64,000 bases of DNA from Podarcis pityusensis (lineage: Eukaryota): assembly GCA_964106645.2 (NCBI GenBank), contig OZ067048.1; one strand, given 5' to 3'. Numbering within the stretch: position 1 is the first letter of the stretch; the number at the start of each line of letters is the position of its first letter. The notes under the pieces are model-generated. The model was given only the letters and a program-made list of their open reading frames with translations. It searched no databases and was not told the DNA's origin. The position numbers and the translations under genes are program-made. Below are positions 24,101-32,962 of this stretch, one piece after another.

Positions 24101-27100
24101 TTCGTGTATAACACGCCTCCGTGCATAAGACGCCCCCTCTTTTTTGGGACTCCAAATTGAGAAAATGGGGGGAGATTGCCCAGACTTGATGACCTTTTTT
24201 AGGGGGGGGGGGATTTGCTGAAAATTGCTCACCTGCAGGACTGCCACTGCCAATTGCACACATATCAATGAAGCCATCAATCGTATGCATGCTTGCCGAA
24301 AGCAAGTGCCAATCGCCCGCACACTTGCCCCAGCAGCCAATAGCCAGCGGACCTTGCTGCAACCACCTACCCCCCGCAAAAACGCCGCTGACAATCTACT
24401 GCTCATGGCAGCCACCAATTGCCCGTCCCACCTCTCCACTCTCTGTGTATAAGACGACCCTAAATTTTAAGCATAATTTTAAAATAAAATAACCTCATCT
24501 TATACACGGAAAAATACGTTATGTTTTGAAACCACTTTGATCTTTTTTTAAAAAAACGAGATTGCGTGATTCAAGTATAAAATCACAGGCCTGCAGAGTG
24601 GGAGGGGACCCAAAGGGTTGCCTAATGCAAGCCCTGCAAGGCAGGAATTGCACGGAAGAGGAGCTTTTCCTTGGACCCAAGCGGCCAGGCTCACCTCTGC
24701 GCTGGAGGGCTGCGCGGTCTTCAGCAGCTCTGAGACGGCCCCTGCCAGGTTCTTGGCCGCCTGCAGGAGCTGCCTGCCGTTGCCCCCCTCGTCCTCCATG
24801 AGGGCGGCCAGCAGCTTGACCCCCTTGGACATCTCTGTCAGGTTGGAGGAGATGGTGGTGACGGCGCAGCCCACGGCCGTGTAGTCCGTCTCGGCCGGGT
24901 CGCCCGCCGTCAGGTTAACCACGGAAGCCGTGCCGGCCGTGATGGCATCCACCTGGGAGTGGATCTCGTGCTTCGACTCATCCATCTTGTTCTTGCGCCA
25001 GGCTTTGGAGGCCTGGGGGGGGGAAGAAAAGGGGGCCGTTATTCCAGGACTCCACAGGGGAGGCTCCCCCCTGGAGGGTGCCCAGTCGCCCCCAAGGGCC
25101 CCTTCCCTTGGCCGGCCCCACTCACCGCGTCCTGCCCCATGGGGGGCAGCGTGTCAAAGTCCTCCAGGTTGGACTGGGCAGCATGGACCGCCTGCATGCT
25201 GGAGAGGATGGTGCCTGTCAAGGCCTGCTGGGCCGAGGTCTGCAAGGAGGAGAAGGAGAAGAAGAAGAAGGGGGCACAGCCTGGCCCTCTCCTGGAGCCC
25301 AAGGGCCCCTGAAAGGAGGGGGGCAAGCAGAGAGGCCTGGGTGGGGAGGGGCACCCGTGGGCTGCCATGTGGGTGGGGCTACATAAGCACCACTCCCAGG
25401 GCCCTCAGCTCCTGAAGGTAACAGGCCCCTTTCTATGTCCAGCTGTCCTTTGTCAACAACAAATTGTTGCTGTTTTTTGTGTTGAATATATGCTATATGG
25501 TCATTTATGGACCTAATAGGTATCTCAAGCCATTTGCACATAACAATATATGTGTTTTATCCAAGTAATTGTTGAACCGAAGTACAATTAAAAGATGTAC
25601 ATTAATTGCGAAATAGAATTAAAAAGAAGTATATTAATAGTGAAATAGTTATTAAGCTCTAACTTAAAATGATTTTTTAATCATAACAAACTTAATAATG
25701 CAAACACATTGGCATTTGGCAATAACAAAAGGTCCTTTAGAAACACAATTTACAAAGACTCATAATCTAGTCTCTAGGAACTTGCTATAATATGAAAAAA
25801 TAATAGGTGTAAATATATGATGCAAACTACGAATAATTATAAATATCAGAATGTAGGCCTACTATATATAGAAAGGAGCAAAGCAGGGATATTTGAGGGA
25901 GCAGGCTAGCAGGTGGGGCCCATGATTTACATCATAGGAGCCTACACAACACAAAACCTGGTATGTAGGTTTTATTTCATTTGTTTTTTATCTTATATTT
26001 TGGAAATGGACATCCAGGTTTTTTTCTTTAATTTTTGGGGGGGCCCCAAGAGAGTGGGGCGCTAAGCTATAGCTTGTTTAGCTTATATGTAAATCCAGCC
26101 CTGACCACTCCCCAGCAGCAGCCACGGGTGCAAACAGGCCCAAAGGGAAGAGGACTCTGTGAATCATTGATGTGTAGAGGTAGACAGGACCCCTTGCGGT
26201 CATCTAGCCCAACCCCCTGCAAGGCAGGAATTAAAGCATCCCAGAGGGACGGCCACTCAATGCTCTTTGTGCTTCTTCTCCCTCCCACCCCAACCATGGA
26301 TGATGTGCATGGGAGCGGAGGGGAGAGCGAAGGGCTCCTTACCAGGGGGGGCATGTGCCCACGGTGCATCTGCCCGCTGGTGATCTGCTGCTGGGCCTGG
26401 GGCATGGTGCCCATCTTGAAGTTCTCTGGCCCGCCGGCGCCCAGGCGGATGATGCCCGGCAGGGCCAGGGAGCCCGTCTCAGCCTTGTTGACCTGGTTGA
26501 ACTGCTGCTGGAGGACAGTGGACCTGCGAGGCAAGCGGAGGGAGGGAGGAGAGAAGAAGCACCCCCACTCCGGGCAGCGGCAGCCCCCCCCCCCGTCCCC
26601 CTCTCCCTCCAGACTTACTTTTTGGGGGAGACGGACTCCTCCAGCATGGTCGATTCCTCGTCCCCCTCCAAGCCAAAGTGGTCTTTGCTCTTTTTCTGTA
26701 GGGCAGAGAAGGGAGCAGGCAATGACTCCGCCATCCACAGATCAAGGCGGCCATGGGGCACAGGGCGCAGAAGAGCCTCCCAGCACCGCCAGGGCAAGGC
26801 AGCCCATCCTCCTGGTGGGGGACATCCTTCCCCTCGGCCGGCACCCTGCAATGCCAGCGTGGCCTTGCCCTCCCGCCCGCCCAGGCAGACGCCATGCCTG
26901 AGGTGGGCGCCCCTCTCCCTGCCTCCCCACAGCCTCACCTTCTTCAGGATGATGTCAATGTAGCCGGCAATGAGCTGGGCAATCTGCTCCCCCTCCGTCG
27001 TCTGGACAGAGTAGTAGCCGTCCTGGTAATCCCCAAAGTCCTGCAAGAGGAAAGGAAAAAGATATCTCTCTCTCTCTCCCCACTCCCCCCGGCCACTGTA

Positions 27101-30100
27101 GGGCAGCCACAAGGTGGGGAAAACTGTGAAGCCAGATGATGATGATGATGATGATGATACCCCACTCGTCTGACTAGGTTTCCCCAGCCACTCTGGGTAG
27201 CTTACAGAATATCTAAAAACAGAGTGTGAGCTGCTGGGAGCCCTGCTCTTCTCCCCCTGGCTGGGGACGGGGCCTGGCTGGCTCCATAAAGGACTGCTGC
27301 TGCCACGGCTGCTGGGCAGAGAGGCCTCCATTTTTGTTTTTGTTTTCTTTTTAAATTGCTTTTATTTTTTCCCCATGTCATTTTAAATTGTGATTGATAT
27401 TGTTGCAGAAATTACGGGGGTGGGGGCACATCTTTAAAGTTAAATGTTCCAAATATTATGCCTGAATGTATCCTTTCAACTTGACAGCTCAGGGAAGTTA
27501 CCTAGCTTTAACAAGCATATAAAATCAGGTCCTTTGCCAGTTTCCTCCATTCCAAAGCTATTTTCCCCTTGAAAAAGGACTCCAGGAAGTTCCCAGAGGT
27601 GACAATTGCTGAGCTGATTGTTGGCCAAGGAAAGCCTAATCCCATCACCAAACTTGCCAAGGGGCCAGACATGCAAGGGAAGTTCTATTGTACTTTGGGT
27701 GGTGGGACTTCAGAAGTGTTTGTCTATGCTAATCTTGCCCTGCCATGTCTGCTTATGCTAATCTTGTACCAAGGACTTGTCTGGACATGTTTGCCAAGAT
27801 TAACCCCTCCCCTTTTGTGACATGTCAATGATGTAGCAATGATGCTGTACGAACTGTATTCTGGGATATGGTGGGAAAGTTTTAAAAATCCTTGTCACCC
27901 CATTCTTGGGGTTCAAAATTCCTCTTTGAACCTGATGCGCAATAAACTACAGCTTTCTGCTCCGGTTGGTGGCTGGACTCCTTCCTTTATTCCGCAGGGA
28001 CCCGCGGGCTCTGCCCGACCAGCTGGGGGACTGAGCAGCCTCACACCTAGATTTTCCCCGTAACAATTTATGCGGAAATTGTTTTTCCATTTGGTTGTGT
28101 ACTTTTTGATGTGTTTTATTTATTGTTTATGTTGGGTGTAGTGAAGGGTTAACCTTCTATGTCTCGTGCTTGAGGGGACGGGCTTACAAGGGAAGTAAGC
28201 CAGGACTGAGGAAAACAGCTTGGTATGCTGTGAACTGAGTGGAAATCGAAAGCATGCAGTTCAGCCGCTGCAAGGGGAGAGAGAGGAGGCAGAGAAAATG
28301 CAGCTTAACACGGATGGCTGTTGTGGATTGTAAATACGCTATTTTGTTTCCAATAAAGAGATACTAGGATAGAAGAAACGTCTGGACTTATTTACCGCCC
28401 TTTCGACACACAGACGCTGTGTAATTCTGCTAATTGCTTTACGACCGCTCCAAAGCCACCCTGCGTAAACAGAAGCTGCAGAGGCTCGCAGGGGAAGCGT
28501 GGCTGGGCACCAAACAATAAAGCAATAAATCTATCCAAGAGTTTATGACTTTGGTTATGTTGATAATTACGTAAATCTTGTCATGTTGTAAGCCGCCTTG
28601 AGCATTGTTTTAACTATGGAAAGGTAGCAAACAAAACGATGATGATGATGAAACGTAATAAAAACATCAAGCATTAAAAGCCTCCCGATACAGGGCTGCC
28701 TTCAGATGTCTTCTAAAAGTTGCGCAATTCTTTATCTCCTTGACATCCGAAGGGAGGGTGTCCCACAGGGAGGGCGCCACCACCGAGAAGGCCCTGCACA
28801 GCTCCATCCTCATTCCAGACATTGTCTAGTGCGATGTTCAGCTGGTGATGCAGCACGATGTTGAAAACCGGCTGTTGCTCAGCCCTCCTGCCTGCCTGCC
28901 CTCTGCTTGCAGGATGCGGCCCCAGGCAGCCCAATTCTGCCGCTGCGCTTCTTCCAAAGGACACCCGGGGAGGGGGCAAAGAGAGTTGGAGATGGCGGGG
29001 GGAGGAAGAGGAAGGAGGAGGAAGGCCTACCAGCGTGAAGCTCTTGGGGGAGGCGGCCCAGCGCTTGATGTTGGTGAGGTTCCACTCCTGGATGACCTCC
29101 TTGGTCTTCTCATCCACCCGCATGACACATTCCTTGGTGATGCCCAGCAGGCGGGGGACCAGCTTGTTCTTGCCCTTCATCTTCTCCTGCAGGGGGGACA
29201 CGTGGGTCAGGCCCAAGGGGAGCCCTCAGCTCCCCCTGCACCAAGGGGGCACCAGCCACCCCAGAGCCGCCATGCCCACCTCAAAGGGCAAACCTGCAGG
29301 AGATGCCCCCACAGCCCCCCCTGCAAGGCACAGAAGAGCCAAGGGTGCAACAGCCCCACCTCAGCTGGAGGCAGGGGGCTTCCCGAGCATCCTGCTCCCC
29401 TGAAAGGGCAGAGAGATGGGGCAGGGCCCCCCTCACCTTGACCAGGAAGAAGGAGACCCCGTAGGTCTTGAGGGATCGGGCCAGCTTCACGTAGCGGACC
29501 TTCGCCTCAATCTCGCTCATGTTGCCGCAGTTCTTGTGGGCCTGAGGGCAGAACAAAGGGGGGTCATCCTTCTGCTCCTCCCACCCCCAGGGAAGGGGCC
29601 CCCCTCTCCCGCCAGAGCCGCCCCAAACAGCAGGGGTGTCCCAGTCCCCACAGGGGGTCCTCCGGGAAATGGGCAGTAGATCCTGTCAAAAGCAGATATT
29701 TTGCCAGCCACAAGGTGTGCCCCACCCCCAAGCCCACTCATCGGTGGAGAGGGAGGAGTGCCCCCCGTGAGCCCCCTTCCCCTGGAGGTCCAAGGGGTCC
29801 CTGGTTGCAGCCAGCCCCCCCCCCCCCCGCTTCCACTCACCATGAAAATCTTGCGCTCGCCTTTCTGCTTGATGTACTCCTTGGGCAGAAAGTCCTTGAG
29901 GCTGGAAAAGGGAGAGGAGAGGAGAAGGCATGAGGGGAGGGAGAGCAAGGAAGAACCCCAAACCTTTGCTGCCCAACCCAAACTCATCCCTTGGGGGGGG
30001 GCAGTCCTGCCCAGCGCAAGGAGGCCCTGCCCAAATGAAGGGAAGTGCAATGAAGAAGCCCTGGCGGACGGCTGTCCAACCTCGACTTGAAAAGGAAGGG

Positions 30101-32601
30101 GAGGCCACTCGCTTCTGCGCGGCACCCTGTGACTCGGTTTCCCCTGGCGCTCCGCTGCGAGGCCCACACCAAGCGGGCAGAGACCGGCAGGGGGCACTTA
30201 CTCCAAGAATCCCGGCTTGTGCTTCTGCTCATTGTGGGGGCCAAACTGGATCTGGCACTGGAATCCCGCAAATTCGCAGGCCTTGTCGAAGGAGACGGGG
30301 TGGGAGCCGTTCAGGATGTCGTCACGGGCCTGGAGAAGGGGGCGGGGGCACAGGGAAGTCATTCTCCTGAATTAATTCACAGTTCATTCATAGCTCCTTA
30401 ATGGGCCCTTCCCTCACACCCTCTCCCCAAGGATTTTGGGCTGGGGGGGAGGAGAGACCTGCTGCCCACTCCACCAACCCAACCTTCATGGCACCTGCCA
30501 GGTGTACCTTGGGGGTTATTTATTTTATTTCACAAAATTTATACAATGCTTGATTGTAAAAAAACACACCCAACAACCTCAAAGCAGTTAATAAAAAGAT
30601 AAAACATTAAAACTGAGTTCAAAGCGTACAGAAAGTAAAAATACTACAACAGGTTGGAACTCACTTCTACTTTCTAAGCATTCGGGGGGTGGGTCTACAC
30701 AAGAATGTTTTTAGCAAGCACCAAAACGTGCAAAGCAAAGGCACCTGCTTGATATCAAGAGGCAGGGAGTTCCAGAGGGCAGGTGCTGCCACACTAAACG
30801 ATCGAATGCTTACAAACGCAGAAAGTGGGGCTTATGTGGCATCTATGGCAGGGCCCGTCCCCCGAGCGGCCGCATGTGGGGTGAGGGGTTTCATAGGTAA
30901 ACTGGGGTTAGGATAAAGCCTGAGACTTGCAGGGTTGTGTGAAGGGAACAGTACCTGCACATAGAGCAGGTTGAGTTGCACAGGATCCCGCGAGTCCACG
31001 TTTTGGTCCGAGTAAAAGAACTTCCGTCGCAGGAGGAGGGTCTCGCTGTCATCGATGCCCTGCTCTCGGAGGGTGCGCCCGTGGTCCAGCCAGTTCACTG
31101 TTGGGGCACAGAGAACATTGGGAGGGGAAGCAGGGGGAAGGAGAGAGACCCCCCACTCTTTGCTCCTGGGTCCTTGTGGGTCGTACCCCCACCCCACCGA
31201 CTTACACTCATCGTCCGTGTGGAGTTTCTGCTTGAGCTTCTCCATCTTCTTCTCATCCCGCAGGAGCGTCTTGTCCTTCTTGAGGGTCCCCGTCTGCTCC
31301 TCCTTCTTCTCCTCCACAATTTCGCGCACCAGGGAGTACTCGTCGTAGTTCGTGATGCCTGCCGGGCGAGGAGACCCCCCCATGTCAAGAAGGTGGGTGG
31401 GGAGAGAGAGGTCAGCCCTGCCAGACTGGGAGACATCCCCAGTGAAGGGCCTCCCTCTTGCCTTCTGCAGAGCAAGACAACGTCTCCACCCCCATCGTTC
31501 TGCCCAGATGCTAAGGCCCAGCTCCGAGGGCCTTCTGGCAGTTCCCTCCCTGCAAGAAGTGAAGCTACAGGGAACCAGGCAGAGGGCCTTCTCGGTGGTG
31601 GCACCTGCCCTGTGGAATGCCCTCCCACCAGATGTCAAAGAGAACAACAACTACCAGACTTTTAGACTACCAGATGGGCATGGTATAAATAAATAAATAA
31701 ATAAATCATCATCATCATCATCATCTCTGTGTCAGGGGGAGCTAGAGACCTCTCTCCCTCCCTAGATCAAGACCCCCCCCCCCACTCACCGATTCTGGCG
31801 CAAATGGTCATGAGTATGTCTGTGACCGTCTTGGAGTCGTCCACCATGACCGTCTTGACCGTCCCGTCCAGCATCCGGATCTTCAGGGGCCTCTGCTTCT
31901 TCTTGTACTCCAAGGTGTCCTGGAATGTTGTAGGGGGGCATCAGAGAGGGCCGGAGGAGAGCAGTTGGGGGGGCACCGAGTGGGGGGGAGGGGAGGGGAA
32001 AGAGGGGGCCATGCAAAGGAGGAGATGCCCGCCTGGCAAGCGAGGGGGCGGCCAGGGGACAACCCTGGCAGGGAAGGGGGGACGCACCCCATTGCGGAGC
32101 ATGTAGTAGTCCAGGGCCTTCCCAGCTTCCAGCCAGATGCCTTTCTTGGGATCTTCGTCCGACAGGAAGAGGCCAAAGTCGGTGGCTGGAAAAGAGCAGG
32201 AAAGACTCTCCCAGGACAGGCCAAAGGGCAGGCCCAGAGGCTGCAGACGGAGGTCTAGGCAGGGCTTTGGGGAGGCCCAGCCCCCCCAGCCCCCCTGTGC
32301 TTGGGCCTGAGGACCTGCCTCTGCAGATGTCCCCCACTCCCCGCCTTTCTTCATCAGAAGGGCAGGCCCCCCTCTCTTGCCTGATGTGAAGAGATGCAGC
32401 TGAGAAGACATTCAATGCCCCCCCAATAATCAGCTGCTCCAGCCTACCCAACCCCCCTGCCCCCGACTTACGCTGGCCCATCTGCGCCTCCGGAACTCGC
32501 TCCCGGATCATGCGGCAGGCGTCGTACACCATGGTGGACGGCTCAAACTGCATCGTCTTCACCACGTTGCCAATGCTGATCTTGAGGGATAAGGCAACCA
32601 T
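53..32601 (-). CDS. TLN1: Talin-1, multi-exon CDS (2395 codons in window; 3' end beyond position 1)
   Basis: Spliced translation MVALSLKISIGNVVKTMQFEPSTMVYDACRMIRER...VGAIPANALDDGQWSQGLISA matches the talin-1 FERM head and rod. Perfect Kozak GCCGCCACCATGG, compact introns, head-to-head with CREB3 as in mammals. Confidence 0.98.
264..618. mobile_element. Tc1/mariner (Tigger-like) MITE nested in a LINE 3' fragment (about 181-860, minus strand)
   Basis: TIRs CAGTGGTGCC(C/T)CGCAAGACGAA, TA TSD on both sides; host reads CPALYKDLRNEITTPLL... on the minus strand. Confidence 0.85.
904..1029 (-). CDS. TLN1: TLN1 exon 53 (I/LWEQ domain)
   Basis: QADESLNFEEQILEAAKSI...LVAQGK; 126 nt. Confidence 0.97.
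1259..1383 (-). CDS. TLN1: TLN1 exon 52
   Basis: GTEWVDPEDPTVIAENELLG...PRAKPK; 125 nt. Confidence 0.97.
1556..1661 (-). CDS. TLN1: TLN1 exon 51
   Basis: ILQKPSHDLKQQLAAYSKRVAGSVTELIQAAEAMK; 106 nt. Confidence 0.97.
2110..2651. mobile_element. Solo LTR (542 bp)
   Basis: TGTCA...TGACA termini, perfect 5-bp TSD CCTCT, AGTAAA signal at 2521. Confidence 0.8.
3316..3423 (-). CDS. TLN1: TLN1 exon 50
   Basis: EAAYHPEANAEVRQRALRFGKECANGYLELLEHVLV; 108 nt. Confidence 0.96.
4435..4608 (+). mobile_element. L2-type LINE 3' fragment
   Basis: Same tail (GAAGCC..CCCAGAGTGGCTGGGG..(TAT)n) as the 12350-13155 copy. Confidence 0.7.
4903..5088 (-). CDS. TLN1: TLN1 exon 49
   Basis: VFCSQVPPAKTSTPEDFIRMTKG...MLRSCK; 186 nt. 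Confidence 0.97.
5192..5308 (-). CDS. TLN1: TLN1 exon 48
   Basis: VMVTNVTSLLKTVKAVEDEATKG...RQELA; 117 nt. Confidence 0.97.
5616..5741 (-). CDS. TLN1: TLN1 exon 47
   Basis: VVLINAVKDVAKALGDL...QLKNSAK; 126 nt. Confidence 0.97.
5914..6097 (-). CDS. TLN1: TLN1 exon 46
   Basis: EGILKTAKALVEDTK...SEDPETQ; 184 nt. Confidence 0.97.
6191..6357 (-). CDS. TLN1: TLN1 exon 45
   Basis: VSHVLAALQAGNRGTQAC...ETFADHR; 167 nt. Confidence 0.97.
6728..6874 (-). CDS. TLN1: TLN1 exon 44
   Basis: IGSHIKNRVQELGHGC...ARRVSEK; 147 nt. Confidence 0.97.
7174..7293 (-). CDS. TLN1: TLN1 exon 43
   Basis: VTKSTTNPDELGTLANQLTSDYG...AENDE; 120 nt. Confidence 0.97.
7460..7561 (-). CDS. TLN1: TLN1 exon 42
   Basis: LDEGPVGEPEGTFVDYQTTMVKTAKAIAVTVQEM; 102 nt. 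Confidence 0.97.
8604..9399 (+). mobile_element. L1-type LINE, 5'-truncated with internal deletion
   Basis: RT motifs AFADDL and KYLGI, KMNVLPRMLFLFQ; AATAAA plus A tail; 18-bp TSD TTAGAAATGATCAGATTG (8586-8603 and 9400-9417). Confidence 0.88.
10309..10458 (-). CDS. TLN1: TLN1 exon 41
   Basis: QAAHTQEALEESAQMM...ITQAINQ; 150 nt. Confidence 0.97.
10612..10857 (-). mobile_element. tRNA-derived SINE (Squam3-like) with (CTT)n tail
   Basis: Near-identical to the copy at 36574-36828; tRNA-like A/B-box head. Confidence 0.85.
10864..11034 (-). CDS. TLN1: TLN1 exon 40
   Basis: VSQLAQYFQPLVLAA...KEAGGNPK; 171 nt. Confidence 0.97.
11938..12039 (-). CDS. TLN1: TLN1 exon 39
   Basis: ALHNQMLTAVQEINNLIEPVAGAARAEASQLGHK; 102 nt. 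Confidence 0.97.
12350..13155 (+). mobile_element. L2-type LINE 3' fragment
   Basis: WMAANRLRLNPDKTEVL...LDYCNA...LQLIQNAAARL...LHWLPV (RT C-terminus), (TAT)n tail. Confidence 0.9.
13170..13302 (-). CDS. TLN1: TLN1 exon 38
   Basis: DKAPGQRECDEAIELL...REGISQE; 133 nt. Confidence 0.96.
13447..13628 (-). CDS. TLN1: TLN1 exon 37
   Basis: GRRAMEPIISSAKTML...KKLITNMR; 182 nt. Confidence 0.97.
13814..13954 (-). CDS. TLN1: TLN1 exon 36
   Basis: ALDGAFTPENRERC...PAQISPE; 141 nt. Confidence 0.97.
14837..14998 (-). CDS. TLN1: TLN1 exon 35
   Basis: VLSAATIVAKHTSALCN...NLVKTIK; 162 nt. Confidence 0.97.
15400..15543 (-). CDS. TLN1: TLN1 exon 34
   Basis: AAYLVGVSDPNSQAGQQGLVDP...CTQSQ; 144 nt. Confidence 0.97.
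15664..15786 (-). CDS. TLN1: TLN1 exon 33
   Basis: VLGEAMAGISQNAK...GFTEAAAQ; 123 nt. Confidence 0.97.
15921..16010 (-). CDS. TLN1: TLN1 exon 32
   Basis: TVRELLENPTQAVNDMSYFNCLDSVMENSK; 90 nt. Confidence 0.97.
16144..16237 (-). CDS. TLN1: TLN1 exon 31
   Basis: AVTDSINQLITMCTQQAPGQKECDNALRELE; 94 nt. Confidence 0.97.
16395..16534 (-). CDS. TLN1: TLN1 exon 30
   Basis: SREAQAQVVSNLKSISMSSSKLLLAAK...QLAAAAR; 140 nt. Confidence 0.96.
17028..17225 (-). CDS. TLN1: TLN1 exon 29
   Basis: FPPSGKNFQEAQSHLNQ...EMAGQSP; 198 nt. Confidence 0.96.
18113..18232 (-). CDS. TLN1: TLN1 exon 28
   Basis: VAKAVSQALNRCVNCLPGQRDVD...LLADS; 120 nt. Confidence 0.96.
18318..18526 (-). CDS. TLN1: TLN1 exon 27
   Basis: GIAARDVAHALRSL...PESQQRLAQ; 209 nt. 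Confidence 0.96.
18758..18860 (-). CDS. TLN1: TLN1 exon 26
   Basis: MEKSAQDLGNSTKAVSSAIAQLLGEVAQGNENYT; 103 nt. Confidence 0.96.
18965..19093 (-). CDS. TLN1: TLN1 exon 25
   Basis: AQEACGPLEIDSALS...KPLPGET; 129 nt. Confidence 0.96.
19342..19476 (-). CDS. TLN1: TLN1 exon 24
   Basis: PGGKMVAAAKATVPTISDQ...RTAAQK; 135 nt. Confidence 0.97.
19608..19721 (-). CDS. TLN1: TLN1 exon 23
   Basis: VVADQIPMLVQGVRGSQ...SQNFLQ; 114 nt. Confidence 0.97.
19915..20075 (-). mobile_element. L2-type LINE tail
   Basis: Reverse complement of the same L2 3' end. Confidence 0.65.
20390..20503 (-). CDS. TLN1: TLN1 exon 22
   Basis: HAAKQAAAAATQTIAAAQH...QLVQSCK; 114 nt. Confidence 0.96.
20622..20750 (-). CDS. TLN1: TLN1 exon 21
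   Basis: GAAAHPDSEEQQQRLREAAEGLRMATNAAAQNAIKKKLVHRLE; 129 nt. Confidence 0.97.
21387..21553 (-). CDS. TLN1: TLN1 exon 20
   Basis: GEMVRQARILAQATSDL...KMVEAAK; 167 nt. Confidence 0.97.
21705..21999 (-). CDS. TLN1: TLN1 exon 19
   Basis: VVAPTISSPVCQEQL...NIFSSMGDA; 295 nt. Confidence 0.97.
22291..22458 (-). CDS. TLN1: TLN1 exon 18
   Basis: DMLMQLAKAVASAAAALVLKAK...SQLVACTK; 168 nt. Confidence 0.97.
23255..23305 (-). CDS. TLN1: TLN1 alternative cassette exon 17b-like (17 aa)
   Basis: tgtgcag|ATG...ACG|gtaaag; 51 nt, phase 0-0, MVESRRPRTLSAPDPKT after Gln665. Confidence 0.75.
23446..23544 (-). CDS. TLN1: TLN1 exon 17
   Basis: PRQNLLQAAGAVGQTSGELLQQIGESDADPHFQ; 99 nt, ends at codon 665. Confidence 0.96.
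24035..24090 (+). mobile_element. BovB (RTE) LINE 3' tail
   Basis: GTCACAAAGAGTCGGACACGACTAAAC...(AAC)n. Confidence 0.75.
24092..24519. mobile_element. Mariner/pogo-type MITE
   Basis: TIRs CGTATTTTTTCGTGTATAA / TTATACACGGAAAAATACG. Confidence 0.75.
24695..25012 (-). CDS. TLN1: TLN1 exon 15/16 (single fused exon)
   Basis: ASKAWRKNKMDESKHEI...NLTAGDPAETDY...AQPSSAE; 318 nt uninterrupted. Confidence 0.96.
25126..25239 (-). CDS. TLN1: TLN1 exon 14
   Basis: TSAQQALTGTILSSMQAV...PPMGQDA; 114 nt. Confidence 0.96.
25397..26103. mobile_element. hAT non-autonomous element
   Basis: CAGGGC...GCCCTG termini, perfect 8-bp TSD ACCACTCC. Confidence 0.85.
26343..26523 (-). CDS. TLN1: TLN1 exon 13 (head-rod linker)
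   Basis: STVLQQQFNQ...GQMHRGHMPPL; 181 nt. Confidence 0.96.
26619..26695 (-). CDS. TLN1: TLN1 exon 12
   Basis: KKSKDHFGLEGDEESTMLEESVSPK; 77 nt. Confidence 0.96.
26939..27040 (-). CDS. TLN1: TLN1 exon 11
   Basis: DFGDYQDGYYSVQTTEGEQIAQLIAGYIDIILKK; 102 nt. Confidence 0.97.
27401..28065 (+). mobile_element. Probable ERV solo LTR
   Basis: TGTT...AACA termini, TATA-like TTTAAAAA about 27881, AATAAA at 27941; TSD imperfect. Confidence 0.55.
28640..28797 (-). mobile_element. L2-type LINE fragment
   Basis: CAGGGCTGCCTTCAGATGTCTTCTAAAAG...GAGAAGGCCCT shared with other L2 copies. Confidence 0.7.
29031..29186 (-). CDS. TLN1: TLN1 exon 10 (F3)
   Basis: EKMKGKNKLVPRLLGITKE...WAASPKSFTL; 156 nt. Confidence 0.97.
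29437..29541 (-). CDS. TLN1: TLN1 exon 9
   Basis: AHKNCGNMSEIEAKVRYVKLARSLKTYGVSFFLVK; 105 nt. Confidence 0.97.
29841..29901 (-). CDS. TLN1: TLN1 exon 8
   Basis: LKDFLPKEYIKQKGERKIFM; 61 nt. Confidence 0.96.
30202..30329 (-). CDS. TLN1: TLN1 exon 7
   Basis: ARDDILNGSHPVSFDKACEFAGFQCQIQFG...KPGFL; 128 nt. Confidence 0.97.
30955..31097 (-). CDS. TLN1: TLN1 exon 6
   Basis: NWLDHGRTLREQG...LNLLYVQ; 143 nt. Confidence 0.97.
31206..31358 (-). CDS. TLN1: TLN1 exon 5
   Basis: GITNYDEYSLVRE...KLHTDDE; 153 nt. Confidence 0.97.
31478..31725 (+). mobile_element. L2-type LINE 3' fragment
   Basis: RLHPHRSA..LRPSSEGLL...[19 protein letters not shown]. Confidence 0.85.
31790..31919 (-). CDS. TLN1: TLN1 exon 4
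   Basis: DTLEYKKKQRPLKIRMLDGTVK...CARI; 130 nt. Confidence 0.97.
32088..32185 (-). CDS. TLN1: TLN1 exon 3
   Basis: PTDFGLFLSDEDPKKGIWLEAGKALDYYMLRNG; 98 nt. Confidence 0.97.
32472..32601 (-). CDS. TLN1: TLN1 exon 2 coding part (exon starts 32635), F0 domain
   Basis: MVALSLKISIG...EAQMGQ; 130 nt; AG/GT. Confidence 0.97.
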
Positions 32602-32962
32602 GGTGGCGGCTGGGGGGTCCCCTCTCCTGCTTCACCTGCGGGGCAAAGAGGGGCCATAGCCGCTGGTGAGCAAGACCCCCGGAGAGGCTACAAGTCCCTT
32701 CAGCCAGGAAGCGCTCAAGGAGGTGCTGAAGCAAAGGTTGGTCAACTGACAGGGGTCCTTTCCAGCTCAACCATTCAATGGTTCCAAGGCTCCAAGCCCA
32801 CTTGGGTGGGGAGCCACTCTTCCCCCCACAAGGGCCAGGCTGGGACATCGGAGGGGGGGCACAAGGCAGAATCCCACTTGTCTTTTCACAGCTGAGCCTG
32901 AGGTTCAGTGAAGCCTCCGGCAGCGGCGTAGGAAGCCTCTTGGGCACCTGCGGTGGCATGCC

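Noticed and set aside
28137-28515. Second possible solo LTR (TGTAG start, AATAAA about 28352)
   Set aside because: Could not define the 3' end or a TSD, so left uncalled.
53-32601. Assignment as TLN2
   Set aside because: Some residues are TLN2-like (NKNPAAHQQL), but the N-terminus MVALSLKISIGNVVK, the compact introns and CREB3 adjacency identify TLN1.
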